From Actinomycetota bacterium (GTDB taxonomy: Bacteria; Actinomycetota; Aquicultoria; UBA3085; Oleimmundimicrobiaceae): DNA of 64,000 nucleotides. The first letter of the stretch is position 1. Every line of letters begins with the position of its first letter. The translations under genes were made by a program, and so were the position numbers. The DNA lies in contig JASEGU010000004.1 of assembly GCA_030017835.1 (NCBI GenBank), positions 6,445 to 70,444 on the forward strand, in the 5' to 3' direction. Shown here in pieces: positions 42,189-54,084 of the stretch. Below the pieces are notes generated by a model. It had not been told where the DNA came from and made no database searches. It saw only the letters and a list, made by a program, of their open reading frames with translations.

Positions 42189-42623
42189 TCACTCCAAAAA
42201 TTCAAAGAGCGTCCGGCCGAGCTGAATCTTGTCGCCGACCTTCAAGGGACGAGCCCCCCAGAGCCGCTCGCCGTTTAAGAAGGTTCCGTTGGCGCTCTCC
42301 AAGTCATCCAAATAGAACGCATCGTCCTGGCCGTATATCAGAGCGTGTTCCTTGGAGACGAAGTCGTCCATGATCCTAACATCACTGGAGTCATCCCTTC
42401 CGATCGAGAGCTCGCCGCTTATCTCAAACATCCGGCCCGCTTCCAAGAACTGGCTGTCCAAGACGACGAGCCGCGGCTCCTTGGCCGGCCCCTCGGCCAT
42501 CTTCGTTCCAAGGGGCTGGCCTTCGTCAAGATCGCTCCCGATCCTCCTAATGAGCGAAAAGAGGAACAGATAGAGGAGGATCAGAAAAATGATCTTTAAT
42601 GCTATCTGGATCAGACTAAACAT
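42189..42623 (-). CDS. fhaB: FHA-domain protein with N-terminal TM helix (FhaB/FipA-like)
   Basis: C-terminal FHA fold (…GRDDSSDVRIMDDFVSKEHALI…NGTFLNG…). Confidence 0.8.
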   Translation of the reverse strand: MFSLIQIALKIIFLILLYLFLFSLIRRIGSDLDEGQPLGTKMAEGPAKEPRLVVLDSQFLEAGRMFEISGELSIGRDDSSDVRIMDDFVSKEHALIYGQDDAFYLDDLESANGTFLNGERLWGARPLKVGDKIQLGRTLFEFLE

Positions 42624-43320
42624 CGCTGATGTTAAACTCCAATCTGGTCTTTCCGACCGTTATGACATCCCCCTGTTTTAACTGGGCTGATTCCACCACG
42701 CAGTCATTGAGCAGGGTGCCATTGGTGCTGCCAAGATCTTTTAGGATATACCTTCGGCCGTCTTTTCTTATCTCGGCATGAAGGCGAGAGGCGCTCTGGT
42801 CCATAACGTTGATATCGCAGCCGGAAAGGCGTCCTATCGTAGTCGTCTCCTTTTCGAGAGGAAAGACGCTATCCTTCGAGCCCCGGCTGCCTCTCTGCAA
42901 AAGGCGGGCCTTTGGGTCTTTCTGCTCGAGCTCAAAGGCTTCAATGGCTATTGGGTCGACTTCGAGCGTCTCCACCCTCATCTCGCCCAAAGATAGAGAG
43001 ACGTCTTTAGTCAGCTCAACCTGGGGCTTGGCCAGAAGACGGCAGCCCTCCTTTTTGGCCGTTTCCTCCACAAAGTTCTTTAGTTCGGCCAAAAAGGTCT
43101 CTCTCATCGGTCCCGTAGCCTCGAAATCATCGGCGCTCAAGGCGACCAAAAAGGAGCTTGGGGCGATGAACCCGCTCAAGGAGAGCCGCTTCTTTCTCTC
43201 CATCTCCCTAGCCAGGCCCTTCGCTATCTCGACCGGATGGATGCCTGACTTAAATTGCTTGGCAAAAAAGCCCTCCACCAGGCCCTCCAGTCTTTTTTCC
43301 AGCTCGCCGAGCAGGCTCAA
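42616..43320 (-). CDS. fhaA: FHA-domain protein with N-terminal DUF3662 (FhaA-like)
   Basis: MSLLGELEKRLEGLVEGFFAKQFKSGIHPVEIAKGL… is DUF3662, and the C-terminus is an FHA domain. Confidence 0.8.
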   Translation of the reverse strand: MSLLGELEKRLEGLVEGFFAKQFKSGIHPVEIAKGLAREMERKKRLSLSGFIAPSSFLVALSADDFEATGPMRETFLAELKNFVEETAKKEGCRLLAKPQVELTKDVSLSLGEMRVETLEVDPIAIEAFELEQKDPKARLLQRGSRGSKDSVFPLEKETTTIGRLSGCDINVMDQSASRLHAEIRKDGRRYILKDLGSTNGTLLNDCVVESAQLKQGDVITVGKTRLEFNISDV

Positions 43321-43330
43321 TCCCCCCCCC

Positions 43331-45076
43331 TCATCTCTTCGGCCCCCAGGTTATCTTTATGTAGTGAAAGATGGCGATGAATATTATAAGCATTATAAAG
43401 GAAAAAGAGACCCTTTGCAGAGCCTTGCCCAAATCTAGGGGAGGGCTTGCGTGAAGCGTCGGGAGCCACATCTCTCCGAGGAGGAGGACGACGCCCCCAA
43501 GTCCGGCCGCGATGAGATCGGCCAAGAAGCGTTTGTTTTTGGCGAGCAAGGCCACCAGAAAGGCGGCGGCCGCCCAGATGAGGGGCATCAGGAGAAGCGC
43601 CGGATCCTCGATGAATGCTTCAAGCAGGATAAATAGGGTTGAGAAGGGGTTTGTGGTAGCTTTTATCTTTAGGGCTAACTGGGCTGAGCCGGCAAATAGG
43701 TCGTATGCCTCAAGCGCGAAGGCGCCGGCCGCGCCGCCTATGGCAGCCGGGATCGGATCCATGATGACTCCGATTGCAAGGGGAAAGAGATGCGAGAGGC
43801 CGAGTCGGCCAAGGAGCGGTGCAGCAAGGAAAGAGGCGCTGGCCTCGGGAAAGCTTCTTGCAAAGTTCAATATATAGAGGGAGGCTAGGGCTAAAAAGAT
43901 CAAAGAGAGGGAGAAGGAGAAGGCGCCTATGGCCAGCGCGGCGGCGAGCGCCACGGTGACCAAGCCAAGCAGAGGGGAGAAGAGGGCTACAAAGAAGGTG
44001 ACAAGGGATAGGATCGCCCCGATCTCCTCCGAAAAGAAGGAGGACCCCTTAAGGCCGAGAAAGAGGAAGCCCCCCAGAAGGGCGGCCGAAAAGAGCCTTG
44101 CCGCGACCAGGGCTCGCTTTCCCCCCATCTCTTCCAAGCCTTCTTTTATGAAAGCCAGCTCCTCGTCGAAGAGGCCGCCTTCTCCCACATACGCCCCGGC
44201 CGCCCTTGCAAAGAGGGGACTAAGCGTCCGCTTGGGCCGGCCTTTGGCCTGCAGCAGCCTTTCAAGCTTGTAGCGCAGACTCGTGACCGTCCTCTGCCTC
44301 TTGTCGGGGTTTTTATTTAAGGCTTCGGCAATCACGTGGTCCAACTCTTTTGGCACGCCGGGGACGACCCGGCTCAACGGCGGCGGCTCTATGTTGATGG
44401 TCTTGTATATGGTGGCCGCCGCCGTCTCGGCCTCAAAGGGGTTTTCGCCAGCCAGCATGGTATAGATTAGGACTCCCAGAGCAAAGATGTCGGTCGCCTC
44501 ATCGACGTAATCTCCCTTAGCCTGCTCCGGAGATACGTAGCCGAGGCTTCCCAAAAGCTCCTTATCCACTGTGAGGCGAGGCGCTTTCTTAAGGCGGGCT
44601 ATCCCGAAATCCATGACCTTGATCCGTCCGTCAGCAAGGAGCATTATGTTGTCGGGCTTGATATCCCTATGGATGACCTCGTTCTGGTGGGCATACTCTA
44701 AAGCCAGCGCCACCTGAGATGCTACGGCGACCGCCTCTTCGGGAAAGAGGGCCCCTTGCGTCTCAAGGATAAAGGTTAAAGTGAGCCCGTCTATGTATTC
44801 CATAATCAGATAAAAATTATCATCATCCTCGACGAACTCATATAGGGTCACGATATTTGGATGTTTCAAGAGAGCTGTCGTGTTGATCTCGCGCATCGTT
44901 CTAAGGTCGCTTTTGCCACCTTTTGCCACCTCTTTTATGGCCACCTCTCGCTCCATCTTGCGATCGAACGCCCGGTAGACCCGGGCAAAGCCGCCGGCTC
45001 CCAGCTCTTCTATGACTTCAAATCTCTCCAGAAAAAGGCCTCTATCCAAAATGTCTCCAACGATGGTTTTAATCAA
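43331..45076 (-). CDS. membrane Ser/Thr protein kinase (kinase domain plus about 8 C-terminal TM helices)
   Basis: Hanks motifs GAGGFARVYRA, HRDIKPDNIM, DFGIA, followed by a polytopic hydrophobic C-terminus. It heads the fhaA-…-pknB gene string. Confidence 0.8.
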   Translation of the reverse strand: MIKTIVGDILDRGLFLERFEVIEELGAGGFARVYRAFDRKMEREVAIKEVAKGGKSDLRTMREINTTALLKHPNIVTLYEFVEDDDNFYLIMEYIDGLTLTFILETQGALFPEEAVAVASQVALALEYAHQNEVIHRDIKPDNIMLLADGRIKVMDFGIARLKKAPRLTVDKELLGSLGYVSPEQAKGDYVDEATDIFALGVLIYTMLAGENPFEAETAAATIYKTINIEPPPLSRVVPGVPKELDHVIAEALNKNPDKRQRTVTSLRYKLERLLQAKGRPKRTLSPLFARAAGAYVGEGGLFDEELAFIKEGLEEMGGKRALVAARLFSAALLGGFLFLGLKGSSFFSEEIGAILSLVTFFVALFSPLLGLVTVALAAALAIGAFSFSLSLIFLALASLYILNFARSFPEASASFLAAPLLGRLGLSHLFPLAIGVIMDPIPAAIGGAAGAFALEAYDLFAGSAQLALKIKATTNPFSTLFILLEAFIEDPALLLMPLIWAAAAFLVALLAKNKRFLADLIAAGLGGVVLLLGEMWLPTLHASPPLDLGKALQRVSFSFIMLIIFIAIFHYIKITWGPKR

Positions 45077-45181
45077 TTTTACTAACTTTGGGCGTCATTA
45101 ACCAGCTTCGCTTCACCTCTTCAAAAAAATGATATAATTCTTGATAAATCGGCCCCATCGGGGCCGACCCGATCCACTTGC

Positions 45182-45268
45182 GCCGGGGTGGTGAAATTGG
45201 CAAACACGCTAGGTTCAGGGTCTAGTGCTCGAAAGGGCTTGCGGGTTCGAGTCCCGCCTCCGGCACCA
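45182..45268 (+). tRNA. tRNA-Leu (anticodon CAG), long variable arm
   Basis: Acceptor GCCGGGG/CTCCGGC, loop TTCAGGG, 15-nt variable arm, T-loop TTCGAGT, CCA. An extended -10 TGATATAAT lies at 45130-45138. Confidence 0.75.
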
Positions 45269-45368
45269 TCATCGATCAGCATCAGCAGTCAAAACAATCG
45301 GAAGGAAACCGCCTCCCATCATGTCCGAGCAACAAGGTAGATATCCTCCCAAGCGCAAAGTCAGATAC

Positions 45369-46394
45369 ATGAAGAAGCCCAGGAAGAAGAGGGCTTCGCC
45401 CCTTGGCCCCTTGCTTCTCTTCGTCATCGTGGCCGCCATCATCTACTTTGTCGCAAAAGGCGGCGGCGAAGACGTAAGCGCCTACGACTCCTATGTCTTG
45501 GAGATAAACAAGCTTGCCAGGGCCTCCAATGAGATTTCCAAAGATTTCTTCCTCCTCCGGGCCGAGGCCTTCACGATCACAAGGGGAGAATTTAGGGCGA
45601 GGATGGATAAGAATTATAACGATAGCTTTGAGATATTCGGAAGGGCGGCCGCGATCGAGCCGCCGCCCAGCCTGGAGGGGGCTCACGCCTATGCCAGGCT
45701 GGCCTTCGATTTAAGGGCGGACGGCATGGAGCTCTATGGTCCGGCCATGGCCAGCGTCCTTGAGGAGGATAGATCGGAGGCCGTCTCAAACAAGCTCTCG
45801 ACTGCTCTCAGATACCTGATCTTAAGCGACGAGGCCTATTTCCGCTTCGAAGAGGATGCCAAGGGCCTTCTTGCGACCAAGGGGGCGACCTCCTCCCTCA
45901 TAGGCTCAGAATTCGTCGAAGATGATGATATTTCGGACAGCTCCAAAGTCAGCGCCTATATCAAGGGGCCCCAGGCCCCTGAGGTCGAGGTCGAGACGGC
46001 GGCGGGGTCGGAAAGCAAAGTCCTTCGAGGGGTCGCCGTCACCGGCCTTGTGGTGAAGCCAGCCCGGATCGCCTATGACGAGGCGACCAAGGTGGCCACC
46101 CTGCCCGATGTCAGCGAGGTCTCGGTCGAGGTGACGGTCGAAAATCAGGGCGACCTGACCGAAAGCGACCTGACCGTCAGGGTTATCGTTGAGACGGCGG
46201 ATGGGACCGATGTGGGGGCAAGGAGCGCAAAGATAGTAAGCATCGCCTCCGGAGAGAAAAAGGTCGTCTCAATAAAGGGGATCAAGGTCGCAAAGGGCGG
46301 AGCGATAAATCTGCTCAAGGCGACGGCCGTCCCGGTCGAAGGGGAAAAGATCACCACCAACAATACTAGGGAGCTTAAGTTCAGGGTGGGCTAG
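45369..46394 (+). CDS. hypothetical membrane-anchored protein with C-terminal CARDB/DUF11-like beta-sandwich domain
   Basis: Start moved to the in-frame ATG at 45369, after the tRNA. Basic N-terminus plus TM (LGPLLLFVIVAAIIYFV). The C-terminus VSVEVTVENQGDLTESDLTVRVIVETADGTD resembles CARDB. Confidence 0.45.
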   Translation: MKKPRKKRASPLGPLLLFVIVAAIIYFVAKGGGEDVSAYDSYVLEINKLARASNEISKDFFLLRAEAFTITRGEFRARMDKNYNDSFEIFGRAAAIEPPPSLEGAHAYARLAFDLRADGMELYGPAMASVLEEDRSEAVSNKLSTALRYLILSDEAYFRFEEDAKGLLATKGATSSLIGSEFVEDDDISDSSKVSAYIKGPQAPEVEVETAAGSESKVLRGVAVTGLVVKPARIAYDEATKVATLPDVSEVSVEVTVENQGDLTESDLTVRVIVETADGTDVGARSAKIVSIASGEKKVVSIKGIKVAKGGAINLLKATAVPVEGEKITTNNTRELKFRVG

Positions 46395-47578
46395 GGCCCG
46401 GTCAAATCGGCCCTTGCCTGGCTCCGGGCCTCTTCGTAGACGGCCCTGATGGGAACCCCGTCCTTTAGGGCGGCCTCTCTGCAGTCCTCATATTCCGGCG
46501 AGGCGCTTATGGCCCCGCCCTCAAAATGGCCGATCTTGACCCCAATCTCGCCGTAAATGGTTTTGACCTTAACCGTCTTGCGGGCGGCCTTCTTCCTGGA
46601 AAGCGGGCTAATCCTGATTCCCAGACTCCCTGTCTCCAAAAAGAAGGCTCTTATCAGGCTCTCTTCCTTCTCCTTGTGGACGATGGCCGAGAGGGCGACG
46701 GCCGGGCGCATCTTTTTCATGTAAATCGGAGTCAACCAGGCGTCCAGGGCGCCCACCGTAAAGAGGCGCTCGATTATGTGGCCGAATAGCTTTGGCTCCA
46801 GATCGTCGATGTTGGTCTCGATGAGGATCACCTCATCCGCTCGGTCGGTCTCTCTCCCATCGCCCTCAGTCTCTCCGATTATCAGCCTAAAGATGTTTGG
46901 CGACTCTAAATCATAAGAGCCGGCTCCATAGCCGACAAAGAGCACTCTTGACGGGGGAATTGGCCCAAACTCGCTTACGACGGTCTTTATTAGGGCCGCC
47001 CCGGTTGGGGTAGTAAGCTCGAGGGGGATATCGCCGCCATAGATGGGAGCCCCCTTTAGAAGCTCCAGGGTGGCAGGGGCGGGCAAGGGGAGCTCGCCGT
47101 GGTCGCATCTGACCGTTCCGCTTCCCGTTTTGATGGGAGAGGAGAAGGCTTTTTCGATGGCGAAGTGGCTAAGGCCGACGGCGCCTCCGACTATGTCGAC
47201 GATGGAGTCGACTGCTCCGAGCTCGTGGAAGTGAACCGCCTCCACCGCTTGGCCGTGGAGGCGGCCTTCCACCTCGGCCAGGGCCAAAAAGATTTGGACG
47301 GCGAGCTCTTTGACGCGCACCTTAAGGGAGCTCTCTTCGATCAGGCGCTTAATATCTCTCCAGGGGCGAGCCTTGCCGTCCTCTTTTGAGACGATCTTAA
47401 TCGAAGTTGCGGCAAGGCCCGCCCTCGTCTCTCTGCTTGCGCGGATCTCGCAGCCCTGAAGGCCCAAGGAGGCGATGGCCTCTTCAACGGCATCTAGCGG
47501 CAGGCCGGCGTCTATCAGGGCTCCCAAAAACATGTCTCCGCTTATTCCCGATGAGCAGTCGAAATAGGCTATCCGCAT
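46391..47578 (-). CDS. larC: nickel-pincer cofactor biosynthesis protein LarC (CTP-dependent nickel insertase, DUF111)
   Basis: The N-terminus MRIAYFDCSSGISGDMFLGALIDAG is the LarC/DUF111 signature. Confidence 0.8.
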   Translation of the reverse strand: MRIAYFDCSSGISGDMFLGALIDAGLPLDAVEEAIASLGLQGCEIRASRETRAGLAATSIKIVSKEDGKARPWRDIKRLIEESSLKVRVKELAVQIFLALAEVEGRLHGQAVEAVHFHELGAVDSIVDIVGGAVGLSHFAIEKAFSSPIKTGSGTVRCDHGELPLPAPATLELLKGAPIYGGDIPLELTTPTGAALIKTVVSEFGPIPPSRVLFVGYGAGSYDLESPNIFRLIIGETEGDGRETDRADEVILIETNIDDLEPKLFGHIIERLFTVGALDAWLTPIYMKKMRPAVALSAIVHKEKEESLIRAFFLETGSLGIRISPLSRKKAARKTVKVKTIYGEIGVKIGHFEGGAISASPEYEDCREAALKDGVPIRAVYEEARSQARADLTGP

Positions 47579-47583
47579 CCCCT

Positions 47584-48336
47584 TTAATCCTCCCCCTTCA
47601 AGGCGTTTATTCTGGCCGCGATTGTGCCGGCCCCAAATCCGTTGTCGATATTTACAACGGCTATTCCAGGAGCGCAGGAGTTCATCATGGTCAGAAGGGC
47701 GGCCAGCCCTCCGAAGCTTGCGCCATAGCCGATGCTGGTTGGAACGGCGATTATGGGGCAGGAGACGAGTCCCCCCACCACGCTCGGAAGCGCTCCATCC
47801 ATGCCGGCGATGGCGATTATCACGTTGGCCGCCTCAAGCCGACTTCGGAAGGATAAGAGGCGGTGGACGCCGGCCACCCCGACATCGTATATCCTTTCGA
47901 CCTTGGCTCCGAGCATATCGGCCGCTATGGCCGCCTCCTCGGCGACCGGGATGTCCGAGGTCCCACCCGTAAGGACGAGGACCTCTCCTCGCTTGGGCAG
48001 GGTCCCTTGGCCCACGGTTATGATCCTTGCTCGCGGGTGGTATCTAGCCTTGGGCACTAAGCCTAAAACCAGGTCGAAAGCGGCCTGGTTGGCCCTGGTG
48101 GCCATGAAGCTCGTCCCTGTTTTGGCCAGTGACTCGGCTATCTCGCCGATCTCGGCCAAGCCTTTACCGGGGCAGAATATCGTCTCGGGCGCAGAGGTCC
48201 TCAAGGGCCGGTGATGATCCACCTTGGCAAAGCCGAGGTCTTCGAAGGGAAGGTCGCGGAGCGCCTCGAAGGCCTCGCCCGCTTCGATCTCACCTTCGGC
48301 GAGCCTTACCAGAAGCTCTTTTATCCTAGCCTCCAT
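47584..48336 (-). CDS. larB: nickel-pincer cofactor biosynthesis protein LarB (PurE-like NaAD carboxylase/hydrolase)
   Basis: PurE-like core (VLVLTGGTSDIPVAEEA…IIAIAGMDGALPSVVGG). Start chosen at the internal Met (MEARIKELL) preceded by AAGGAGG. The longer ORF to 48408 would overlap larE by 83 nt. Confidence 0.75.
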   Translation of the reverse strand: MEARIKELLVRLAEGEIEAGEAFEALRDLPFEDLGFAKVDHHRPLRTSAPETIFCPGKGLAEIGEIAESLAKTGTSFMATRANQAAFDLVLGLVPKARYHPRARIITVGQGTLPKRGEVLVLTGGTSDIPVAEEAAIAADMLGAKVERIYDVGVAGVHRLLSFRSRLEAANVIIAIAGMDGALPSVVGGLVSCPIIAVPTSIGYGASFGGLAALLTMMNSCAPGIAVVNIDNGFGAGTIAARINALKGED

Positions 48337-49153
48337 GGGCCTCCTTAAGCTGAGGCAGAGCGAGCGCTTCGCCCCCCTTTTCGCAGATGAATAGACGATC
48401 GAATCCAAAAGAGGAAAAGTCGGCGAGCAGATTCGCCTGAATCATCCTCTCGGCAAGCTTGGTAAGGCCGCCAAAATCCAGCTCTATCTTTGCGGACTTC
48501 GGGCCGAGCGATCTGACCCTTACATGGGAGATGCCCAGACCCTTGACGGCCGCCTCGGCTCGGTCGATTCGGCCGAGCAGCTCTGAGGTTATCCTCTGAC
48601 CATCCCCAATCCTTGTGGCAAGGCAGCTCTGAGGCGGCTTGTTCCAGAACGGGGAGCCCATCGTTTTAAGGATCATCCTAACCTCGCTCTTGCCCATGTT
48701 CAGTTCGGCCAAGGGGGAGAGGACGCCAAATTCTTTCAGGGCCAGAAGGCCGGGGCGGTCGTCCAAGAGATCGTCTGAGTTCGTGCCGTCAATGAGGGTC
48801 GAGGCGCCCACCTTGGATGCTGTCTCCATCATCTTAGATAGGATCAGCCGCTTGCAGAAGTAACATCTCTTTTTGCCGCTTTCCAAGAAATCTTCATCAC
48901 CCAAGGGGTCTATCTCGACTATCAGGGGCTTAACGCCGAGGGTGGCAGCCATCTTCATTGCCGCCTCAAGCTCGCCACTTGGAAGCAGGGGGCTGGCGGC
49001 GGTGACCCCGATTGCTCCAAATCCCAGCGCTTCTTTGGCGGCGGCAAGGACGAGGAGGCTGTCGGCTCCGCCGGAGAACGCCACCAAGACAGATTCAAAG
49101 GAGGCAATCCGTTTGACGAGGGAGTCGTAACAACTTGGCCTAGCCATATTCAT
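48326..49153 (-). CDS. larE: nickel-pincer cofactor biosynthesis protein LarE (ATP-dependent sulfur transferase, PP-loop)
   Basis: PP-loop SVLVAFSGGADSLLV, and a C-terminal Cys in a …C… context typical of LarE. Confidence 0.8.
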   Translation of the reverse strand: MNMARPSCYDSLVKRIASFESVLVAFSGGADSLLVLAAAKEALGFGAIGVTAASPLLPSGELEAAMKMAATLGVKPLIVEIDPLGDEDFLESGKKRCYFCKRLILSKMMETASKVGASTLIDGTNSDDLLDDRPGLLALKEFGVLSPLAELNMGKSEVRMILKTMGSPFWNKPPQSCLATRIGDGQRITSELLGRIDRAEAAVKGLGISHVRVRSLGPKSAKIELDFGGLTKLAERMIQANLLADFSSFGFDRLFICEKGGEALALPQLKEAHGG

Positions 49154-49261
49154 GCTCCTTAAGGCAGAGTTAAAATAAGTATATCAGGCTTAAAGCGAAT
49201 GCAAAGCGGCCAGCTTTTGTGTATAATTTTACAATCTTTATCTTCGCTTAGGAGGAGCAAG

Positions 49262-49778
49262 TTGACTTTTTTTGAAGGGAACCCCGCGACGACCATCGGC
49301 CTTGTGGCCCTTATTGCCCTCTGGCTTCTCATCTTGACCATTAGGTTCATATCCCTAAAAAGGAGCTTAAAGAGGGTGAACAAGGCAGCAAAGAAGGGCG
49401 ATGTGGCTGCCCTGATCGGTCAGCTCGCCGATGAAGTCATCTCGTTTTCCGGCCGGCTAAATGATCTAGAGGGGGCCCAAGCAAGGACCGCAACCCAGCT
49501 TAAGGGGGCGATTCAACGGGTCGGCCTCGTCAGGTTCGATGCTTTCGGTGACATCGGAGGGGGCTTAAGTTTTGCTCTGGCCATCTTGAACGAAAATGGC
49601 GACGGCCTGGTCATAAGCACAATAAACGGTCGCACCGACAGCCGCTCATATGCTAAGGTGGTAAAGGGCGGCGAACAGACCGCTCACTCCCTCTCGAGCG
49701 AGGAGCAGGGGGCGATTGCAAAAGCCATGGGTTCGAGGGGAGCTCATCGCGGCGAGGTGGCCGACAGGGAATGGCAAA

Positions 49779-49792
<14 letters not shown>
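49262..49792 (+). CDS. DUF4446-family protein
   Basis: TTG start 6 nt after GGAGGAGCAAG. N-terminal TM helix then …VRFDAFGDIGGGLSFALAILNENGDGLVISTINGRTDSRSYAKVV…. Confidence 0.45.
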
Positions 49793-51909
<2,117 letters not shown>

Positions 51910-52231
51910 ATAAGGTTTTGAGACTTGAGTCAAGCTCGATTCGATCATGGGATTATTGCCCAAGGAGTGATTTAAGCTAGGCCGATTGTTATTATTTTGT
52001 AATTCGAAATATTTTAAATCTGAAATATAATATCTAGCTAAGAGTGCTCGCGCCTTCTGTTTAAGGATTCTTAATAAGGCAAAGACAAGAAAAATTTTTT
52101 AAATTTCATCAATCCTCGTGATTTCTTTAAGCTGAGGGGCATAATAGGCGAAGAAATCGCATGGCAAGCCAAGCCGATCTTAAAGGCAAGTTTGTTTCTC
52201 TGCACAAAGCAGAAGGGGAGGTAGCAAAAAA

Positions 52232-53349
52232 TTGAGGAAGCTCATTTCTCTATCTCTTTCGCTAATCCTGTTTCTAGCCGTCTTTCCAGCAACGGCCCTC
52301 GCTGCCCCAGGGTCGTCATCACCGAGTACGACGCCGATTCCAGCATAGAGCCAGGCGAAGAATTTGACCTCGATCTTGCGGTGGAAAATGTCGGCGACGA
52401 TGATGCTGAGAACGTGGTGGTCACTCAAGTGCGGTGATAGTCTCGAACTATATAATGTCTCCTTCGGTCATCGCTCCCGGCGGCCGGTTCAAGCTTGACC
52501 TGACCCTAAAGAACGTCAGTGGCACCGACGTTGAGGATATCTCCGTCTCGGCTGTTGAGGCGAGCGGCGCCATAGCCGCCGTTGAGAGCGGAAATACTAA
52601 ATATATCGAAGAGCTTGGTTCTGGCGACAGTGAAAGGATAAGCTTCTCGATGATCTCGGAGGCGAGCGCGGCCAGTAAGATGCTAGTCTTAGATATCGCT
52701 TTGGCCTATGAAGACGAGGCGGGAGTGGCCGTGGTGGTCGGCACCGGAAGCGTGAAATATTTATCGAGCTCGGGTAGCGGGAGCAAGTCGAAGGTAGCCT
52801 TCGAGCTGGCGTCGGGCGCCTCTCTCTCCTCGGGCATATATAATTTTCCCATCAACTTCTCTTACGTCGATTCTAAAGGTAATATTAAGGCTTCTTCCCA
52901 GGCGAAGGCCTCATTGCCGCAAGGCAGCCAAATCTTGCCATAAGCTTCATAGATTATCCCGAAACTGTTTTAGAAGGGGAGTCCTTCGATCTCATCGTGG
53001 ACTTTGAGAACAGAAGCACTTTTGAGGTCAAGGAGGTCGTCGTCAAGGTCGAGGGAGAGGACTTCGATATAACCGCGGCGAGCTCTTCATCGGCACCTTA
53101 GACGGCGAGGAGGGCGACACGATGGAGGCGGTCCTTGTGCCTAAGAAGGCCGGAGACCTCGAGGCCACCCTGACCCTGAAATATACCGGTGACTTCAACC
53201 AGGAGCAGATGATCGAGAAGAAGCTTCCGGTCAAAGTGGAGCAGGCCGAAGCCTCCGAAAACGGAGCAAGCGGCGGCGCCACCGGTGCCAGATCGATCTT
53301 GGACTGGATAGTCTCGTTGATTAAAGGGCTGCTCGGTCTGGGCGGTTAG
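52232..53349 (+). pseudogene. fragmented gene for a secreted beta-sandwich-repeat (CARDB/S-layer-domain-like) protein with at least 4 frameshifts
   Basis: TTG start after GGGGAGG. The signal peptide LRKLISLSLSLILFLAVFPATALA is in one frame. The repeat units (…ITEYDADSSIEPGEEFDLDLAVENVGDDDAENVVV…, …IMSPSVIAPGGRFKLDLTLKNVSGTDVEDISVSAVE…, …IDYPETVLEGESFDLIVDFEN…, …EATLTLKYTGDFNQEQ…) are spread over three frames, with joins near 52305, 52425, 52940 and 53078. Confidence 0.55.
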
Positions 53350-53416
53350 TTCCGCTAGCCAAAGGGCGATAAGCCTTCTTTAGAAGGATTTTAAAGTTTG
53401 GGGGAAAGGGGTTCTT

Positions 53417-53656
53417 ATGGAGGAAGATGTCTCCAAAGAGACGATAGAGGACGCAGAGGAAGATCTCGAAACCGAGGCCCAAAAGGGTGGCTTTGACTGG
53501 AAGGGACTCCTTTTCGGGGGCTTTAGTCTGCTCAAGACCTCTACCTTCAGGTCCAAAGCCGTCATCGAAGAGGCGGGCATAATCGGAGCCTCTTTCGGCC
53601 TGGTCATTTTGTGGGCCATGAAATCGGTTCTCATAATCGGCTTTGACAAGCTTTAG
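53417..53656 (+). CDS. hypothetical small membrane protein
   Basis: 79 aa with an acidic N-terminus and two hydrophobic helices. Confidence 0.3.
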   Translation: MEEDVSKETIEDAEEDLETEAQKGGFDWKGLLFGGFSLLKTSTFRSKAVIEEAGIIGASFGLVILWAMKSVLIIGFDKL

Positions 53657-53737
53657 GGAGAGAGGAGCTCCTTTTGGAAGGCCCTTCCCTTGGCCGGCCT
53701 CACCTGCCCCCCATTTGCCTTGCGCAATCTTCTTTAG

Positions 53738-54007
53738 TTGATTTACATGGCGGCCACTTCGGTTCCGATAGTTCATAAGGGTTTATCCGCGCTTGCATCT
53801 TCCCCTGGCAGTCTTTCAGTAAACATCGAAAGCTCTCTCTATAGGCTACTTACGAGAGTGGACCTATTCATCATCTGGTCGGCTCTGCCCTTCTTTTTGG
53901 TGATGAGAGACCACGTCAAGCTGGATAAGAAGAGAGCGATGTTGGTGGCTGGTGCATGGTGGGGGCTTATAGCCACCCTTGTGCTCAGCTCACCCATGTT
54001 TATATAG
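53738..54007 (+). CDS. hypothetical membrane protein (possibly the 3' part of a frameshifted larger gene)
   Basis: 89 aa and hydrophobic. Upstream 53660-53737 has an open hydrophobic frame without a start codon. Confidence 0.3.
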   Translation: MIYMAATSVPIVHKGLSALASSPGSLSVNIESSLYRLLTRVDLFIIWSALPFFLVMRDHVKLDKKRAMLVAGAWWGLIATLVLSSPMFI

Positions 54008-54084
54008 CTTGTCATTTCTTCCAAGAGGTGTATAATTTTTCATTTCACCGACAGGCTTTAAGCAGAATATAATGGCCATCGCAA

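Noticed and set aside
45225-45368. 5' extension of the 389-aa ORF into tRNA-Leu
   Set aside because: The first 48 codons are tRNA-Leu sequence. An in-frame ATG at 45369 with a basic N-terminus plus TM helix is the plausible start.
48326-48408. 83-nt overlap between larE and the long form of larB
   Set aside because: This is resolved by starting larB at the internal Met (48336), which aligns with the LarB N-terminus and has its own AAGGAGG. It is not treated as a real overlap.
51910-52231. 322-bp AT-rich intergenic region after serS considered as a riboswitch, T-box or sRNA
   Set aside because: It is downstream of serS, not upstream. No specifier or antiterminator pattern, and no conserved riboswitch core, is recognisable by eye. 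It more likely holds the promoter or leader of the fragmented surface-protein gene.
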